A stretch of DNA of 64,000 nucleotides from PVC group bacterium. GTDB taxonomy: Bacteria > Auribacterota > Erginobacteria > Erginobacterales > Erginobacteraceae. Numbering within the stretch: the first letter of the stretch is position 1; each line of letters begins with the position of its first letter. This document shows positions 46,693 through 55,929 of this stretch, one piece after another. Made by a program: the position numbers and the translations under genes. The DNA lies in contig JAZDIV010000043.1 in assembly GCA_043804695.1 (NCBI GenBank), positions 1 through 64,000 of the forward strand, in the 5' to 3' direction. Below the pieces are notes generated by a model. That model had not been told where the DNA came from and searched no databases. It worked only from the letters and a program-made list of their open reading frames with translations.

Positions 46693-48435
46693 CTATTCTT
46701 CCCTCACGAGTACGTTGAGAACCACCAACAGGCAGGCCAGGACAAAAGCCATCAACATGGCGATCAGGATTATCCGTGTCCGGGGCGGGCCAACCTTGAC
46801 CGGATCGGTCTGCGCAGTATAGAGAAGAACCGTTCCGCTCCGGGAGACGTTCTCCATCGATACCCGGAGGAGCGCCACTTCTTCCGCTTTGGCGGCCAGG
46901 GAGGAATGGACCTGGGTCAGGTTCTCGATGTCACGCTTCTGCCGGGCCAGCTGGCTTTCGCTGGTGAAGACGATCTTCTCCAGCCCGGCGATTTCCCGCC
47001 CCACCTCGTCGAGCTTGGCTTTTTTCGCCGCCAGCTTGACCTCCATCCTGGCCAGTTCTTTTTCACTGGCTTCAAGCTCCTGACGATCCGTGTTGTAGGA
47101 TTGTTCGTAATATGCCTGCAATGCCTGGTCCTTATTGACGGCGTTCTGGAGGTTTTTCCTTTGCGACTCCAGGGGGGCGATCTCCCGGGTCAGCTTGCTG
47201 ACCTCGACCCGCAGGGTCTCCAGTTCCTGCTCCCCTTTGGAGATCTTGTTCTTCAGCCCGGTTATCTCGCCCGAGAGCCGGATCATTTCTTTCTGTGTCT
47301 CTTCATAAATCGGGTTGCTGCTCTCAGTCTTCATCAGCGGCAGCTGGCCGGTGTCCTTCAAGCCTCCCTGCAGGTAGGTTTCCCAGAGCTTGTCGTCCCC
47401 GATCGCCTTGCTGAGGACGATCTTATCACTGATCTTTGACAGCTCCTCCTGGAGCTTGGCGTAGGTCGGCTCCAGGCTGAAAAGGCTGGTCCGGGCCTGG
47501 AGGGTCTCCCCGGAAATGTCCTCGATCTGTTTCTTCTTGATCTTGACCATTATGTACTTGTGATTGAGCTGGCTTGTCTCGTCAAATTCAGCCAGCGTTT
47601 GTTCGTTGCTCCTCAAGCTCCGGATGGTCCGGGCTATCCGTCCGGCCAGGGCGGCTGAGTCCGGCAAGGTGTACCCGGGGTCCTCCGCGAGCTTCCGGGC
47701 GAACACCTCGCCGGACCAGGACCCCTCGATCTCCTGCCCGGTCACGTTTTCCCTCAGTTGCTTCAGAAGCGCCTTCCTGGTGACAACCTGTTCCTCCAGG
47801 GAAAGAACCTCCAGGGACAGTTCGGAATACAGCTCCTCATTCTGTTCCAGCAACAGTTGTTTTACGGTCAGATCTGCTTTCAGCCTGGCCTCGGTGTACT
47901 GATCCTCGTTCTCGATCAGTGACTTGCTGACCTTCTCGAAGATGTTGGTGGTGAAAGTACCCAGATCATCGACACCGGCCTGATAAATGCCTTTCGTCTT
48001 CTGCAGCACAACTTGCGCCCAGCGGTTGGCCACGGCCATGGAGAGTTCCGGGTCGGAGGTAGTAGCATTCAACGTGACTATCGGCAGGAGCAGTCGGTCC
48101 CGGCTCTGGTCGTGCTTCACCGAGGTCGAGAGCATCTCCTGGAAACGGCGGAAGTCCATATCTTCCCTGATGATGCCATCCTTGACCAGGTCCTGGTATA
48201 GATCCCACTTCACCCGGGTGGACTCGACCAGGGAGCGGAGGGTCTCGACGGTGAGCGGGGGGATCTCTCCCGTCAGCGTAACTTCAGGCCGCTGAACGCT
48301 GATCGCCGCGCTGGCGCTGTACTTGTTCGAAATCAGCAGCGTAATCGCCGCCGTCAACGCCCCGACCGCCAGGGTGATGATCAGAAGGCGTATCCTGTAT
48401 TTGTGGAGTATCTTGATAATCCCGATCTCATTCAT
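46693..48435 (-). CDS. Wzz/GumC-type polysaccharide co-polymerase (chain-length determinant) with long coiled coil
   Basis: N-terminal TM, YSASA, DPE.....AN, long coiled coil, P..VGPPR followed by C-terminal TM; GGAGG RBS. Confidence 0.82.
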   Translation of the reverse strand: MNEIGIIKILHKYRIRLLIITLAVGALTAAITLLISNKYSASAAISVQRPEVTLTGEIPPLTVETLRSLVESTRVKWDLYQDLVKDGIIREDMDFRRFQEMLSTSVKHDQSRDRLLLPIVTLNATTSDPELSMAVANRWAQVVLQKTKGIYQAGVDDLGTFTTNIFEKVSKSLIENEDQYTEARLKADLTVKQLLLEQNEELYSELSLEVLSLEEQVVTRKALLKQLRENVTGQEIEGSWSGEVFARKLAEDPGYTLPDSAALAGRIARTIRSLRSNEQTLAEFDETSQLNHKYIMVKIKKKQIEDISGETLQARTSLFSLEPTYAKLQEELSKISDKIVLSKAIGDDKLWETYLQGGLKDTGQLPLMKTESSNPIYEETQKEMIRLSGEITGLKNKISKGEQELETLRVEVSKLTREIAPLESQRKNLQNAVNKDQALQAYYEQSYNTDRQELEASEKELARMEVKLAAKKAKLDEVGREIAGLEKIVFTSESQLARQKRDIENLTQVHSSLAAKAEEVALLRVSMENVSRSGTVLLYTAQTDPVKVGPPRTRIILIAMLMAFVLACLLVVLNVLVREE

Positions 48436-49412
48436 TTTAACCTCCGGTGTCGCGTCTTGACATTGGACATAATTTTAATTAAATCACTGACCTCTTGATC
48501 GAGCTTCTTGTCAGATTCTCTTTCTTCTTCGAAACGTTTAATCGCTTTTCCACAGGCGGTATATGTTATACCTCCCAAAACCTGCCCTAATTCATGTAAA
48601 TTGCAGTCGGAATAGGTATACCCTAAATAGAGAGCGACCTTTTTAGGGATGTTATTTCTTGTTCTTTGCAGGATCGTTTCTCTATCGATCCCGAAATAGT
48701 CCGCAACGGCTTCAATAATATCATCCAGCGTCGGCACCTTCAACAACTGACGATATGAGGGAATTTCAGAACTGATCTTCTTTCCATCCAAACCAGCGAG
48801 GGCTTCTTCGACAAATTCTTCACTACCTAAAATAGTTCCGGCTTTTATTCCCTCAAATGGATTGTTGACAGAATTATCCCCCTCCACAAAATTCTTGTAT
48901 AGTACAATAGCCACATTTCTGTCCCGGGAAAATGTATTTAGAATATCATCTCTCGAAATCCAGGTATCTCTATGAGTCAGGAAATCCCGGTAACTGCTCC
49001 AGGGGAACAACTGTGGTTTGCTGACCATCCCCGCTCGAACGGGATTGAGATGGATATAGCGACTGACCACGAGAAGATATTGTTCCTTTTCGATCAGAAT
49101 TCCTTTATACCGTCCCTGCAAAACATGACCGATCCGTTTATGCCGGATATTGAAGTAATTCGTATAAGCCACATTGATAAAGTGCATGGACCTGGATAAA
49201 TTTCCTAACGGGGTCTCCAGGAGCAGGTGGTAATGATTGGTCATAAAGATATAGCCATGGATCCGAATTCGGAATTTTAAAATTGCATTTTGTAAAATGG
49301 TTATAAGTCGACGTCGATCAGCATCTGCAAGGAAAATCGGTTGCGCCCCGTTTCCACGGGCCGTCACATGATAAAACGCTCCCGGAAATTCTATTCTTAG
49401 AGCTCTTCCCAT
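48432..49412 (-). CDS. Y1/HUH (IS200-like, RAYT-type) transposase with C-terminal DnaA-C-like HTH
   Basis: YHVTARGN, MTNHYHLL (HUH), GHVLQGRY, YIHLNPVRA, WSSY; C-terminal IIEAVADYFGI...R....PKKVALYL...L.ELG..LGG. Visibly AT-rich. Confidence 0.88.
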   Translation of the reverse strand: MGRALRIEFPGAFYHVTARGNGAQPIFLADADRRRLITILQNAILKFRIRIHGYIFMTNHYHLLLETPLGNLSRSMHFINVAYTNYFNIRHKRIGHVLQGRYKGILIEKEQYLLVVSRYIHLNPVRAGMVSKPQLFPWSSYRDFLTHRDTWISRDDILNTFSRDRNVAIVLYKNFVEGDNSVNNPFEGIKAGTILGSEEFVEEALAGLDGKKISSEIPSYRQLLKVPTLDDIIEAVADYFGIDRETILQRTRNNIPKKVALYLGYTYSDCNLHELGQVLGGITYTACGKAIKRFEEERESDKKLDQEVSDLIKIMSNVKTRHRRLK

Positions 49413-49490
49413 GGCCTGTTTCATTCTTTGATTAATTATTTATTAAGGCCATGGTATTAAATATTATGTCCAATGTCAAGACGCGACACC
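48446..49490 (-). mobile_element. RAYT-like element bounded by perfect 28-bp inverted repeats
   Basis: GGTGTCGCGTCTTGACATTGGACATAAT at 48446-48473 and its reverse complement at 49463-49490. Confidence 0.78.
49451..49479 (-). promoter_or_regulatory. Sigma70-type promoter for the transposase, -35 lying inside the inverted repeat
   Basis: Minus strand TTGACA-N17-TACCAT. Confidence 0.7.
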
Positions 49491-49499
49491 TATTTTAAA

Positions 49500-49527
49500 T
49501 TGACAAGGGAAGCGCCGGGGTTATAGT
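49500..49527 (+). promoter_or_regulatory. Sigma70-type promoter for the GT2/DegT pair
   Basis: TTGACA-N16-TATAGT ending 11 nt before ATG 49539, so probably a near-leaderless mRNA. Confidence 0.6.
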
Positions 49528-49538
49528 CTTCCGGCATT

Positions 49539-50255
49539 ATGCCGAAGCCGATTTCCATAGTGCTCCCTACCTATAACGAGAAGGATACTATCGAACTGCT
49601 GGTCAGGGAAATCGCCGCCAGAATCTCCGACGAATCGGAGATCATTGTGGTGGATGACAACTCGCCCGACGGGACCGGCGATATCGTCGCCGCACTCGGC
49701 CGGGACGATCCCCGGATCACGCTTCTCCGGAGAAAAGAACGGGGTCTGACTTCCGCCCTCCGGGCCGGGATCGAGAAGGCCCGGCACCAAACCGTCATCT
49801 GGCTGGACGCCGACTTCGCCCATCCCCCCGAGACCATCCCCGACCTGATCGCCGCCGACGAAAGCTATGACATCGTGGTCGCCTCCCGTTATGTTCCGGG
49901 CGGGCACGACGGGAGAAAAGCCCCCCTCCGGCGCTGGGCCAGTCTGGCTCTGAACCGGGTCGGAGGCTTCTGGGTCGGCTCCAAGGTCCGAGACTTAAGC
50001 AGCGGCTTTGTCCGGGCCCGCAAAACCGTCCTCGCCGCCCTCCCCTTCCAGGGGACCTACGGCGACTACTGCATCACTTTTTTGGTTCGGGCGGAGCGGA
50101 AGGGTTGCCGGATCGCCGAGATCCCCTATATCAACTCGGAACGGGAGCGGGGCTACTCGAAGACCGGCTCAAACCCCTTGATCTTCCTCCGTTATGTACT
50201 ATTATATCTGAAGACCATCTTCAAACTAAGGAATGACCGCGGTGAAAAGATTTGA
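49539..50255 (+). CDS. GT2 glycosyltransferase (polyprenol-phosphate sugar synthase-like)
   Basis: VLPTYNE, VVDDNSPDGT, LDADFAHPP, VVASRY, DLSSGF. Confidence 0.88.
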   Translation: MPKPISIVLPTYNEKDTIELLVREIAARISDESEIIVVDDNSPDGTGDIVAALGRDDPRITLLRRKERGLTSALRAGIEKARHQTVIWLDADFAHPPETIPDLIAADESYDIVVASRYVPGGHDGRKAPLRRWASLALNRVGGFWVGSKVRDLSSGFVRARKTVLAALPFQGTYGDYCITFLVRAERKGCRIAEIPYINSERERGYSKTGSNPLIFLRYVLLYLKTIFKLRNDRGEKI

Positions 50256-51432
50256 CGAAGCGCAAAGCCGGGAAGCCCTCCGCCGGGCGTCCCAGATGGC
50301 CGGCCCCGAGCCGGTCACCCCGGACGGGGTGGAGATCATCCCCGTCTGCCAGCCGACCCTGGAGGGGAATGAAAGAAAGTACGTCATCCAGTGCATGGAC
50401 ACGAACTGGATTTCCTCCCGGGGCCGGTTCGTCGACGAGTTCGAGGAAAAATTCGCCCGCTACTGCGGAGTCCGATTCGGGATCACCACCAACAGCGGCA
50501 CCACCGCATTGCACCTCGCCCTGGCGACGATGGGGATCAAGGAGGGGGACGAGGTGATCATCCCCTCCTTCACGATGATCTCGACCGCCAACGCCATCGC
50601 CTACCTCGACGCCGAGCCGGTGGTGGTCGATGTCGAGCCGCGGACCTGGAACATCGACCCCGACCAAATCGAAGAGAAGATCACCGAAAAGACCCGGGCC
50701 ATCATCCCCATACATACCTACGGACATCCGGCCGATATGGACCGCCTCCAGGAAATCGCCGACAAGCACGGGCTGGCTATTGTCGAGGACGCCGCCGAGG
50801 CTCATGGCGCCGAGTACAAGGGGCGCCGAGTCGGGAGCTTCGGCCAGATGGCGTCCTTCAGCTTTTACGCCAACAAGATCATCACCACCGGCGAGGGGGG
50901 GATGATCGTCACCGACGATCCAGAACGGGCGGCCCTTCTTCAGACCATGCGCAACTACGGGTTCACCCAGGAGAGGCATTTCTGGCACAAGGTGATGGGT
51001 TTCAGCTACCGGATGACCAACCTCCAGGCGGCGATCGGGCTCGGCCAGTTCGAGCGGATCGACCAGCTCCTGGGAGCGCGCCGGGAGAACGCCCGGCTCT
51101 ATAACGAGCTGCTGAAAAACGTCCCCGGGATAACCACCCCCCCGGAGTCCGAAGACGTCAAGTCAGTTTACTGGATGTACGGGGTGCTGGTGGAAGACAA
51201 TTTCGGCATCTCCAAGGATCAGCTCCGTCAGAAGCTGGCCGACCACGGCATCGAGACCCGTTCCTTCTTCATCCCCATCCACCTCCAGCCGATCTACTCC
51301 TACCTCATCAGCGATGACTACCCGGTCTCGGAAGAACTGGGGCGGAAAGGATTCTACCTCCCTTCCGCCAGCAGCCTTCAGCCCCACCAGATCGAGTTTA
51401 TCGTCAACATCATCCGCAACGCGCGGCCGTAA
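50233..51432 (+). CDS. DegT/DnrJ/EryC1/StrS sugar aminotransferase (perosamine synthase-like)
   Basis: WISSRG, NSGTTALHLAL, EDAAEAHG, FSFYANKIITTGEGG, YRMTNLQAA. Confidence 0.92.
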   Translation: MTAVKRFDEAQSREALRRASQMAGPEPVTPDGVEIIPVCQPTLEGNERKYVIQCMDTNWISSRGRFVDEFEEKFARYCGVRFGITTNSGTTALHLALATMGIKEGDEVIIPSFTMISTANAIAYLDAEPVVVDVEPRTWNIDPDQIEEKITEKTRAIIPIHTYGHPADMDRLQEIADKHGLAIVEDAAEAHGAEYKGRRVGSFGQMASFSFYANKIITTGEGGMIVTDDPERAALLQTMRNYGFTQERHFWHKVMGFSYRMTNLQAAIGLGQFERIDQLLGARRENARLYNELLKNVPGITTPPESEDVKSVYWMYGVLVEDNFGISKDQLRQKLADHGIETRSFFIPIHLQPIYSYLISDDYPVSEELGRKGFYLPSASSLQPHQIEFIVNIIRNARP

Positions 51433-51443
51433 CCCCCTCCGGA

Positions 51444-51648
51444 TTCAGACAGGATTAACCCGATTTATTCATAAATCGGGTTAGTTTTGAACAATGCCAG
51501 AGATAGCGTGGATAGTAATTATTTATTGATCGTATTATACTCTGGTCCAGGCACTTGTTAATTTCAATCTGATATTATTTGCATCATTGCCCGTAGAATT
51601 AAAGCGTCGGCTGATCGGGGAGGGAAAAACAGAGTGCTGCAGGCTCCT
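51444..51648 (-). repeat. ~205-bp non-coding dispersed element, copy B
   Basis: Inverted homolog of 11488-11708; hairpin TAACCCGATTTAT-tc-ATAAATCGGGTTA at 51456-51483. Confidence 0.85.
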
Positions 51649-51733
51649 GAATTCTGGCTCCTGAGTAATTACTATTATTGTAGTTGTGTAGTTGTAGTTG
51701 TAAAATCCTGCAAATCCTGTAATCCTGTCTGAT

Positions 51734-53149
51734 ATGAACGTCCTGTTGATCAATCCTCCCTTCGATCCGGAGGAATCGGTCGGGGAGAGCAGATCGGTCC
51801 GTTTTGTCCTCAACATCACGCCCCCTTTAGGGCTGGCTTACCTGGGAGCGGTTTTGGAGCGGGCGGGACACCAGGTCCGGATCGTCGATTACACCGCCCG
51901 CTCCCCCTATCCTCCCCTCCCCAAGATTATTCAGGAGTTCGAGCCGAACTTAATCGGCCTGACCGCTACCACCCCCTCATTTGAGAGCGCCTGCCGTCTG
52001 ACCCGGGAACTCCGTAAACTCCGCCCCGGCACCCCTCTTATGCTGGGGGGCGCCCACGTCACCTGCGCCCCAGAATCGGCAATGAAGAGCGGACTTTTCC
52101 AGGCTGGTGTGCTCGGCGAGGGGGAGGAGACGGTGGTCGAGCTGGCGAAGCATCTGGAAGATGGACGTTTCGTCAATCTTCATCGCGTGTCGGGCATCAT
52201 TTTCTCCGAGGACGGGGATTGGCGCCGGACTCCCCCCCGTCCTTTTATCCTGGACCTCGACTCCCTCCCCTTCCCCGCCTATCACCTCCTCCCACCTTTG
52301 AGATACTACCACCCGACACCGGCATCCTACCGGCAGCTCCCGGTCGGGATCCTGATGACCAGCCGGGGCTGTCCTTTCAAGTGTACTTTCTGCGACCGGG
52401 CTATCTTCGGCAACACCACTCGCTTTCACAACACGCAAAGAGTGCTGGACGAGGTTGAGTGGATGCTCAATGAAGTGGGGGCGAGAGAGATTCGCTTCTT
52501 CGACGACACTTTTACACTAAAACGGGAACGGGCGGCCGGGATCTGCGACGGAATCCTGGAACGGGGACTGAAGTTCCCCTGGACCTGCCTGACCGCCGTC
52601 AGGGCGGTCACCCCGGAACTGCTCCGTAAAATGAAAGCGGCCGGCTGCTGGCAGGTCCTCTATGGGTTGGAGTCCGGCGACGACCGGATGCTTAAGCTAT
52701 TGGGAAAGGGGAACACCGTCGAAGAGAACCTCAACGCCATCCGGTGGGCCAGGGAAGCAGGGCTGGAGGTGCGGGGGGACTTCATCGTGGGAACACCGGG
52801 GGAGACGATGGAGAGCCTGGAGCGAACGCTCCGCTTTACCTTGGAGACGGGCCTTGATTACGCCCATTTCAACAAGTTCACGCCCTTCCCCGGGACCGAA
52901 CTCTACCACCGGCTGGTGGCGGATGGGTACTCCTTCGACTTCACTCGGGGATGCAGCATCCTCGATCACGGGGCGCTCCTCTTTGTTCCGAAGTCACTCG
53001 ACCGGGAGGAGTACCGCCGCTGGCTCGACCGGGCCTTCAAGAAATTCTACCTGCGCCCTTCCCACATCCTAAAGCGGCTGATGGCGATCCGGACCTGGAC
53101 CCAGCTTCGGGGGCAGGCCCGGGGCGCCTTCGCCATCGCCAGTCTATAG
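51734..53149 (+). CDS. Cobalamin-binding radical SAM enzyme
   Basis: PPLGLAYL, GGAH, GEGE B12-binding domain; TSRGCPFKCTFC (CxxxCxxC); GLESG; FTPFPGT. Confidence 0.92.
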   Translation: MNVLLINPPFDPEESVGESRSVRFVLNITPPLGLAYLGAVLERAGHQVRIVDYTARSPYPPLPKIIQEFEPNLIGLTATTPSFESACRLTRELRKLRPGTPLMLGGAHVTCAPESAMKSGLFQAGVLGEGEETVVELAKHLEDGRFVNLHRVSGIIFSEDGDWRRTPPRPFILDLDSLPFPAYHLLPPLRYYHPTPASYRQLPVGILMTSRGCPFKCTFCDRAIFGNTTRFHNTQRVLDEVEWMLNEVGAREIRFFDDTFTLKRERAAGICDGILERGLKFPWTCLTAVRAVTPELLRKMKAAGCWQVLYGLESGDDRMLKLLGKGNTVEENLNAIRWAREAGLEVRGDFIVGTPGETMESLERTLRFTLETGLDYAHFNKFTPFPGTELYHRLVADGYSFDFTRGCSILDHGALLFVPKSLDREEYRRWLDRAFKKFYLRPSHILKRLMAIRTWTQLRGQARGAFAIASL

Positions 53150-53263
53150 GTGTCGCGTCTTGACATTGGACATTACTTTCCACCTTCAATTTTATCCGAT
53201 AGAATATGAATCAAAACCTGGAAAATATCTTGTAATGTCCAATGTCAAGACGCGACACCTATA
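53145..53263. mobile_element. Non-autonomous doublet (REPIN/MITE-like) of the RAYT inverted repeat
   Basis: 32-bp perfect IR TATAGGTGTCGCGTCTTGACATTGGACATTAC (53145-76 and 53232-63) with a 55-bp spacer. Confidence 0.82.
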
Positions 53264-54166
53264 TTATCGCCAGATTATTAACTCCAATTCCAGATCAATT
53301 CCGGATCTGTCTTTGACCTTTCTCCGGGCCAGTTGAATCAATTCTTCTACTTCAGCGAACCGGGCGGAACCCCGGTTGACGATAATGTTGGCGTGCTTAT
53401 CCGATATCTGGGCGTCCCCGATCCTTTTCCCTTTCAATCCCGCCGCCTCAATCAACCGTCCGGCGTAATCACCGGCAGGATTCTTGAAGACCGACCCGGC
53501 GCTGGGGTACTCGAGCGGGAGGAACTTTTTTCTTTGGCTGAGAACGTCCTTCATCTCTGATTGAATCGCGACCGGATCCCCGGGACAAAGGCTGAACTCC
53601 ACCTCCAGGATCACTCCCCCCTCCTTTTGAAAACGGCTGGAACGGTAACCAAACCGGCATTGATCGGCTTTCATCTCTCTCTCCCCGACGCAGGGCTGAT
53701 GGACCCGGACCCTGCGGACAACCCCGGAGACCTCCTCCCCTCTCCAGCCGGCGTTCATCACCGCCGCCCCCCCGACCGTCCCCGGAATGCCGGCCGCGAA
53801 CTCCAGCCCCGATAACCCCCTCTCCGCCGCCGCCTGGGCGAGCCGGGTTAACGCCATCCCGGCCGGTGCCGTCACCCGGGTCCCCTGAAAGGCCAGATCT
53901 TCGGGCCGCCATTTCGGTTTAATGACAACGCCTTCCACTCCCCGATCGTCCGCCAGCAGGTTGGTTCCTCCTCCCAGGATCCGGAAAGAGAGGTTTCTTT
54001 CGCTCAGCAGATCGAGGCACCTGATGAGATTGTCTCTGTCGGCGGGGATGATGAAGATCTCCACCGGCCCGCCGATGGCGAGGGATGTATGCTTCCGCAT
54101 CTCCTCGCCCGGTGTCGCGTCTTGACATTGGACATTACTTAAGATGCTTTGTATATCTTTGCTCAT
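53264..54166 (-). CDS. murB: UDP-N-acetylenolpyruvoylglucosamine reductase
   Basis: HTSLAIGG, LGGGTNLL, GLEFAAGIPGTVGGA..MNAG, FGYRSS, PSAGSVFKNP, SDKHAN..VN. Confidence 0.95.
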   Translation of the reverse strand: MSKDIQSILSNVQCQDATPGEEMRKHTSLAIGGPVEIFIIPADRDNLIRCLDLLSERNLSFRILGGGTNLLADDRGVEGVVIKPKWRPEDLAFQGTRVTAPAGMALTRLAQAAAERGLSGLEFAAGIPGTVGGAAVMNAGWRGEEVSGVVRRVRVHQPCVGEREMKADQCRFGYRSSRFQKEGGVILEVEFSLCPGDPVAIQSEMKDVLSQRKKFLPLEYPSAGSVFKNPAGDYAGRLIEAAGLKGKRIGDAQISDKHANIIVNRGSARFAEVEELIQLARRKVKDRSGIDLELELIIWR

Positions 54167-54212
54167 GAGTACCTATTTGAAGCGGTAATGTCCAATGTCA
54201 AGACGCGACACC
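54111..54212. mobile_element. Second doublet of the RAYT inverted repeat, overlapping the murB start and the upstream gene's 3' end
   Basis: 28-bp IR at 54111-54138 and 54185-54212 with a 46-bp spacer containing a stop and a start codon. Confidence 0.82.
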
Positions 54213-55861
54213 GTTTCCAGGTCGATTATCCATTCCGCTTGATCAGGATCAAAAGAGAAGGCCCTCAGCTCGGATGGTGAAAATACCCACTGATACGTTC
54301 CCTTCATGAACCGGGCCATGTCATGGTTCCAGCAGAGAGGAGGAAGGCTCCGGGCGATGGCGTCATCAATATAGATCGGCCGCTCCGGGCTGATCCGGCC
54401 GTCCCCGATCCCGGCTTTGATATTCGAAAGCATCCGGTCCAGAGGAGCCAGCTGTTGATTGACCACCGAGAGATGGGCGGTCAGGAAAAGAAGGTTGAGC
54501 GCCGCTACCAGAGCTAACAAGAGATAGAGGAGATTCCGCATCCGGGGAAGGGCTCTTACCAGCCGGTCGGCGGCCAGGAGCGCGATCAGGATCACCAGGG
54601 CATTGGAAATATATTGATATCTGAACTGCCGGAGAACGTAGATCGGCAGGTTGGTGGCCATCCGCCCATGATACAAGGCGAAGGTCGAGCTCAACAGCAG
54701 ATAGAGCGAGAACACGAAAGGGCCGGGGTTGCGCGGGCGACGCTTTTTCCAGAGGAGAAAGAGCCCTCCGATGGCAAAGAGGATGATCAGACCGCCGGCG
54801 ACCGCCAGAAACCGGTTGATCTCCGGGACGGCGTCCCGCCAGAGGCTGTCCAGATCGACCGCCTTGGAGATGATCAGCGGCGGCGCGACCAGGAGATTGA
54901 CCGGCCCGTCCGAGCGGCTGGCGAGCAGGTCCCGCAGGACCGGGCTGGCTTTCAAAAAAACCCCTCCCTTTCCGATATTGTCCTGAATGAGCGCCGGGCA
55001 GGTGAGAAAGGGAGCGATGTTGGCAATAACCCCGTTGAAGACGAGGCTGACCGCCGTCACGGCGAGGCTGAACCCGATCGCAGAAAGGGAGAAGAAGGCC
55101 GCCGGTTCGGCGGCCGGAACGGTCACCGCGCTTCGGGAGCGGGCAAAGGCCATGATCAAACCGTAAAAAAGATAGAGTCCGCCGACCGCCATCATAGAAG
55201 CCCGGAGCATCGCCCGGAACCGTTCTGGTCCCCCCTCCGGTCTCCGGCGGGCAAAGAAAAGAATAAAGACCGCCGCCGGCCAGGGGATGAATACCTCGTA
55301 GCAGAGGAGGCCCGGGAGAAACAGAAGAACGGCGATCAGCAGGTCTTCCAACCGTCCGGAGCGAAGGTATCTCCGGTAAGCGAGAAACCCCAGCAAGAAA
55401 AGGCAGAAACCGACGATCACGGCAAGGTGGAACGTCCAGGCAACAATATCGAAGTGAGAGAAGAGAAAGGCGAAAACAGCCAGGAAGGACATGGTTATCG
55501 CTCTCCCGCATCCGAAACGGCGGGCGACACAATACATCAGGACTATGCTGAAACAGTAAAAACCGAAGGTCACGGCATGGAACCAGAAATAGCGGGCCCC
55601 GAAGAAGAGGTGGAGGGAGTACAGAACCAGATGAAAGAGAGGCCGATAGGTCCCGTGCCCCCAGACATCATAGTTCGCGATGTTAACAATCCGTTCGAGA
55701 GCGGTTAGATTCTGATAGCCGTGAAAATGGTAGAAAAGACACCAGTAATCGCTTCGGGGGGGGTTGGAGAATGTCGGAAGGAAAATGATCAGCAAGGCCC
55801 CGAAGAGGAAGAGAAAATAGACCGCAACAACCAACTGATTCCGGGATGCTGTTTTCTTCAC
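54173..55861 (-). CDS. Polytopic membrane protein, putative GT-C (family A)
   Basis: GTG start with GAGG RBS; NPPRSDYW..NYDVWGHGTYRP, QFRYQY, LCWN..GTYQWVFS. Confidence 0.6.
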   Translation of the reverse strand: MKKTASRNQLVVAVYFLFLFGALLIIFLPTFSNPPRSDYWCLFYHFHGYQNLTALERIVNIANYDVWGHGTYRPLFHLVLYSLHLFFGARYFWFHAVTFGFYCFSIVLMYCVARRFGCGRAITMSFLAVFAFLFSHFDIVAWTFHLAVIVGFCLFLLGFLAYRRYLRSGRLEDLLIAVLLFLPGLLCYEVFIPWPAAVFILFFARRRPEGGPERFRAMLRASMMAVGGLYLFYGLIMAFARSRSAVTVPAAEPAAFFSLSAIGFSLAVTAVSLVFNGVIANIAPFLTCPALIQDNIGKGGVFLKASPVLRDLLASRSDGPVNLLVAPPLIISKAVDLDSLWRDAVPEINRFLAVAGGLIILFAIGGLFLLWKKRRPRNPGPFVFSLYLLLSSTFALYHGRMATNLPIYVLRQFRYQYISNALVILIALLAADRLVRALPRMRNLLYLLLALVAALNLLFLTAHLSVVNQQLAPLDRMLSNIKAGIGDGRISPERPIYIDDAIARSLPPLCWNHDMARFMKGTYQWVFSPSELRAFSFDPDQAEWIIDLETVSRLDIGHYRFK

Positions 55862-55929
55862 CCTGTAACCTCTTTTGTCTTTCGCGCTTCCGATGACGGA
55901 CACGGTGGGGCACAACAGCACCGGGGACG

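Noticed and set aside
46579..47439. + strand ORF with (TLG)n repeats
   Set aside because: It is the translation of the 9-bp VNTR plus the antisense shadow of the Wzz-like gene.
48440..49496. Target-site duplication around the RAYT-like element
   Set aside because: Flanks (CTCC and TATT) differ. Only the 53145 doublet has TATA on both sides, which may just extend the IR.
48446..54212. Six 25-28-bp repeats as CRISPR repeats
   Set aside because: They occur as dispersed inverted pairs, not as a direct-repeat/spacer array.
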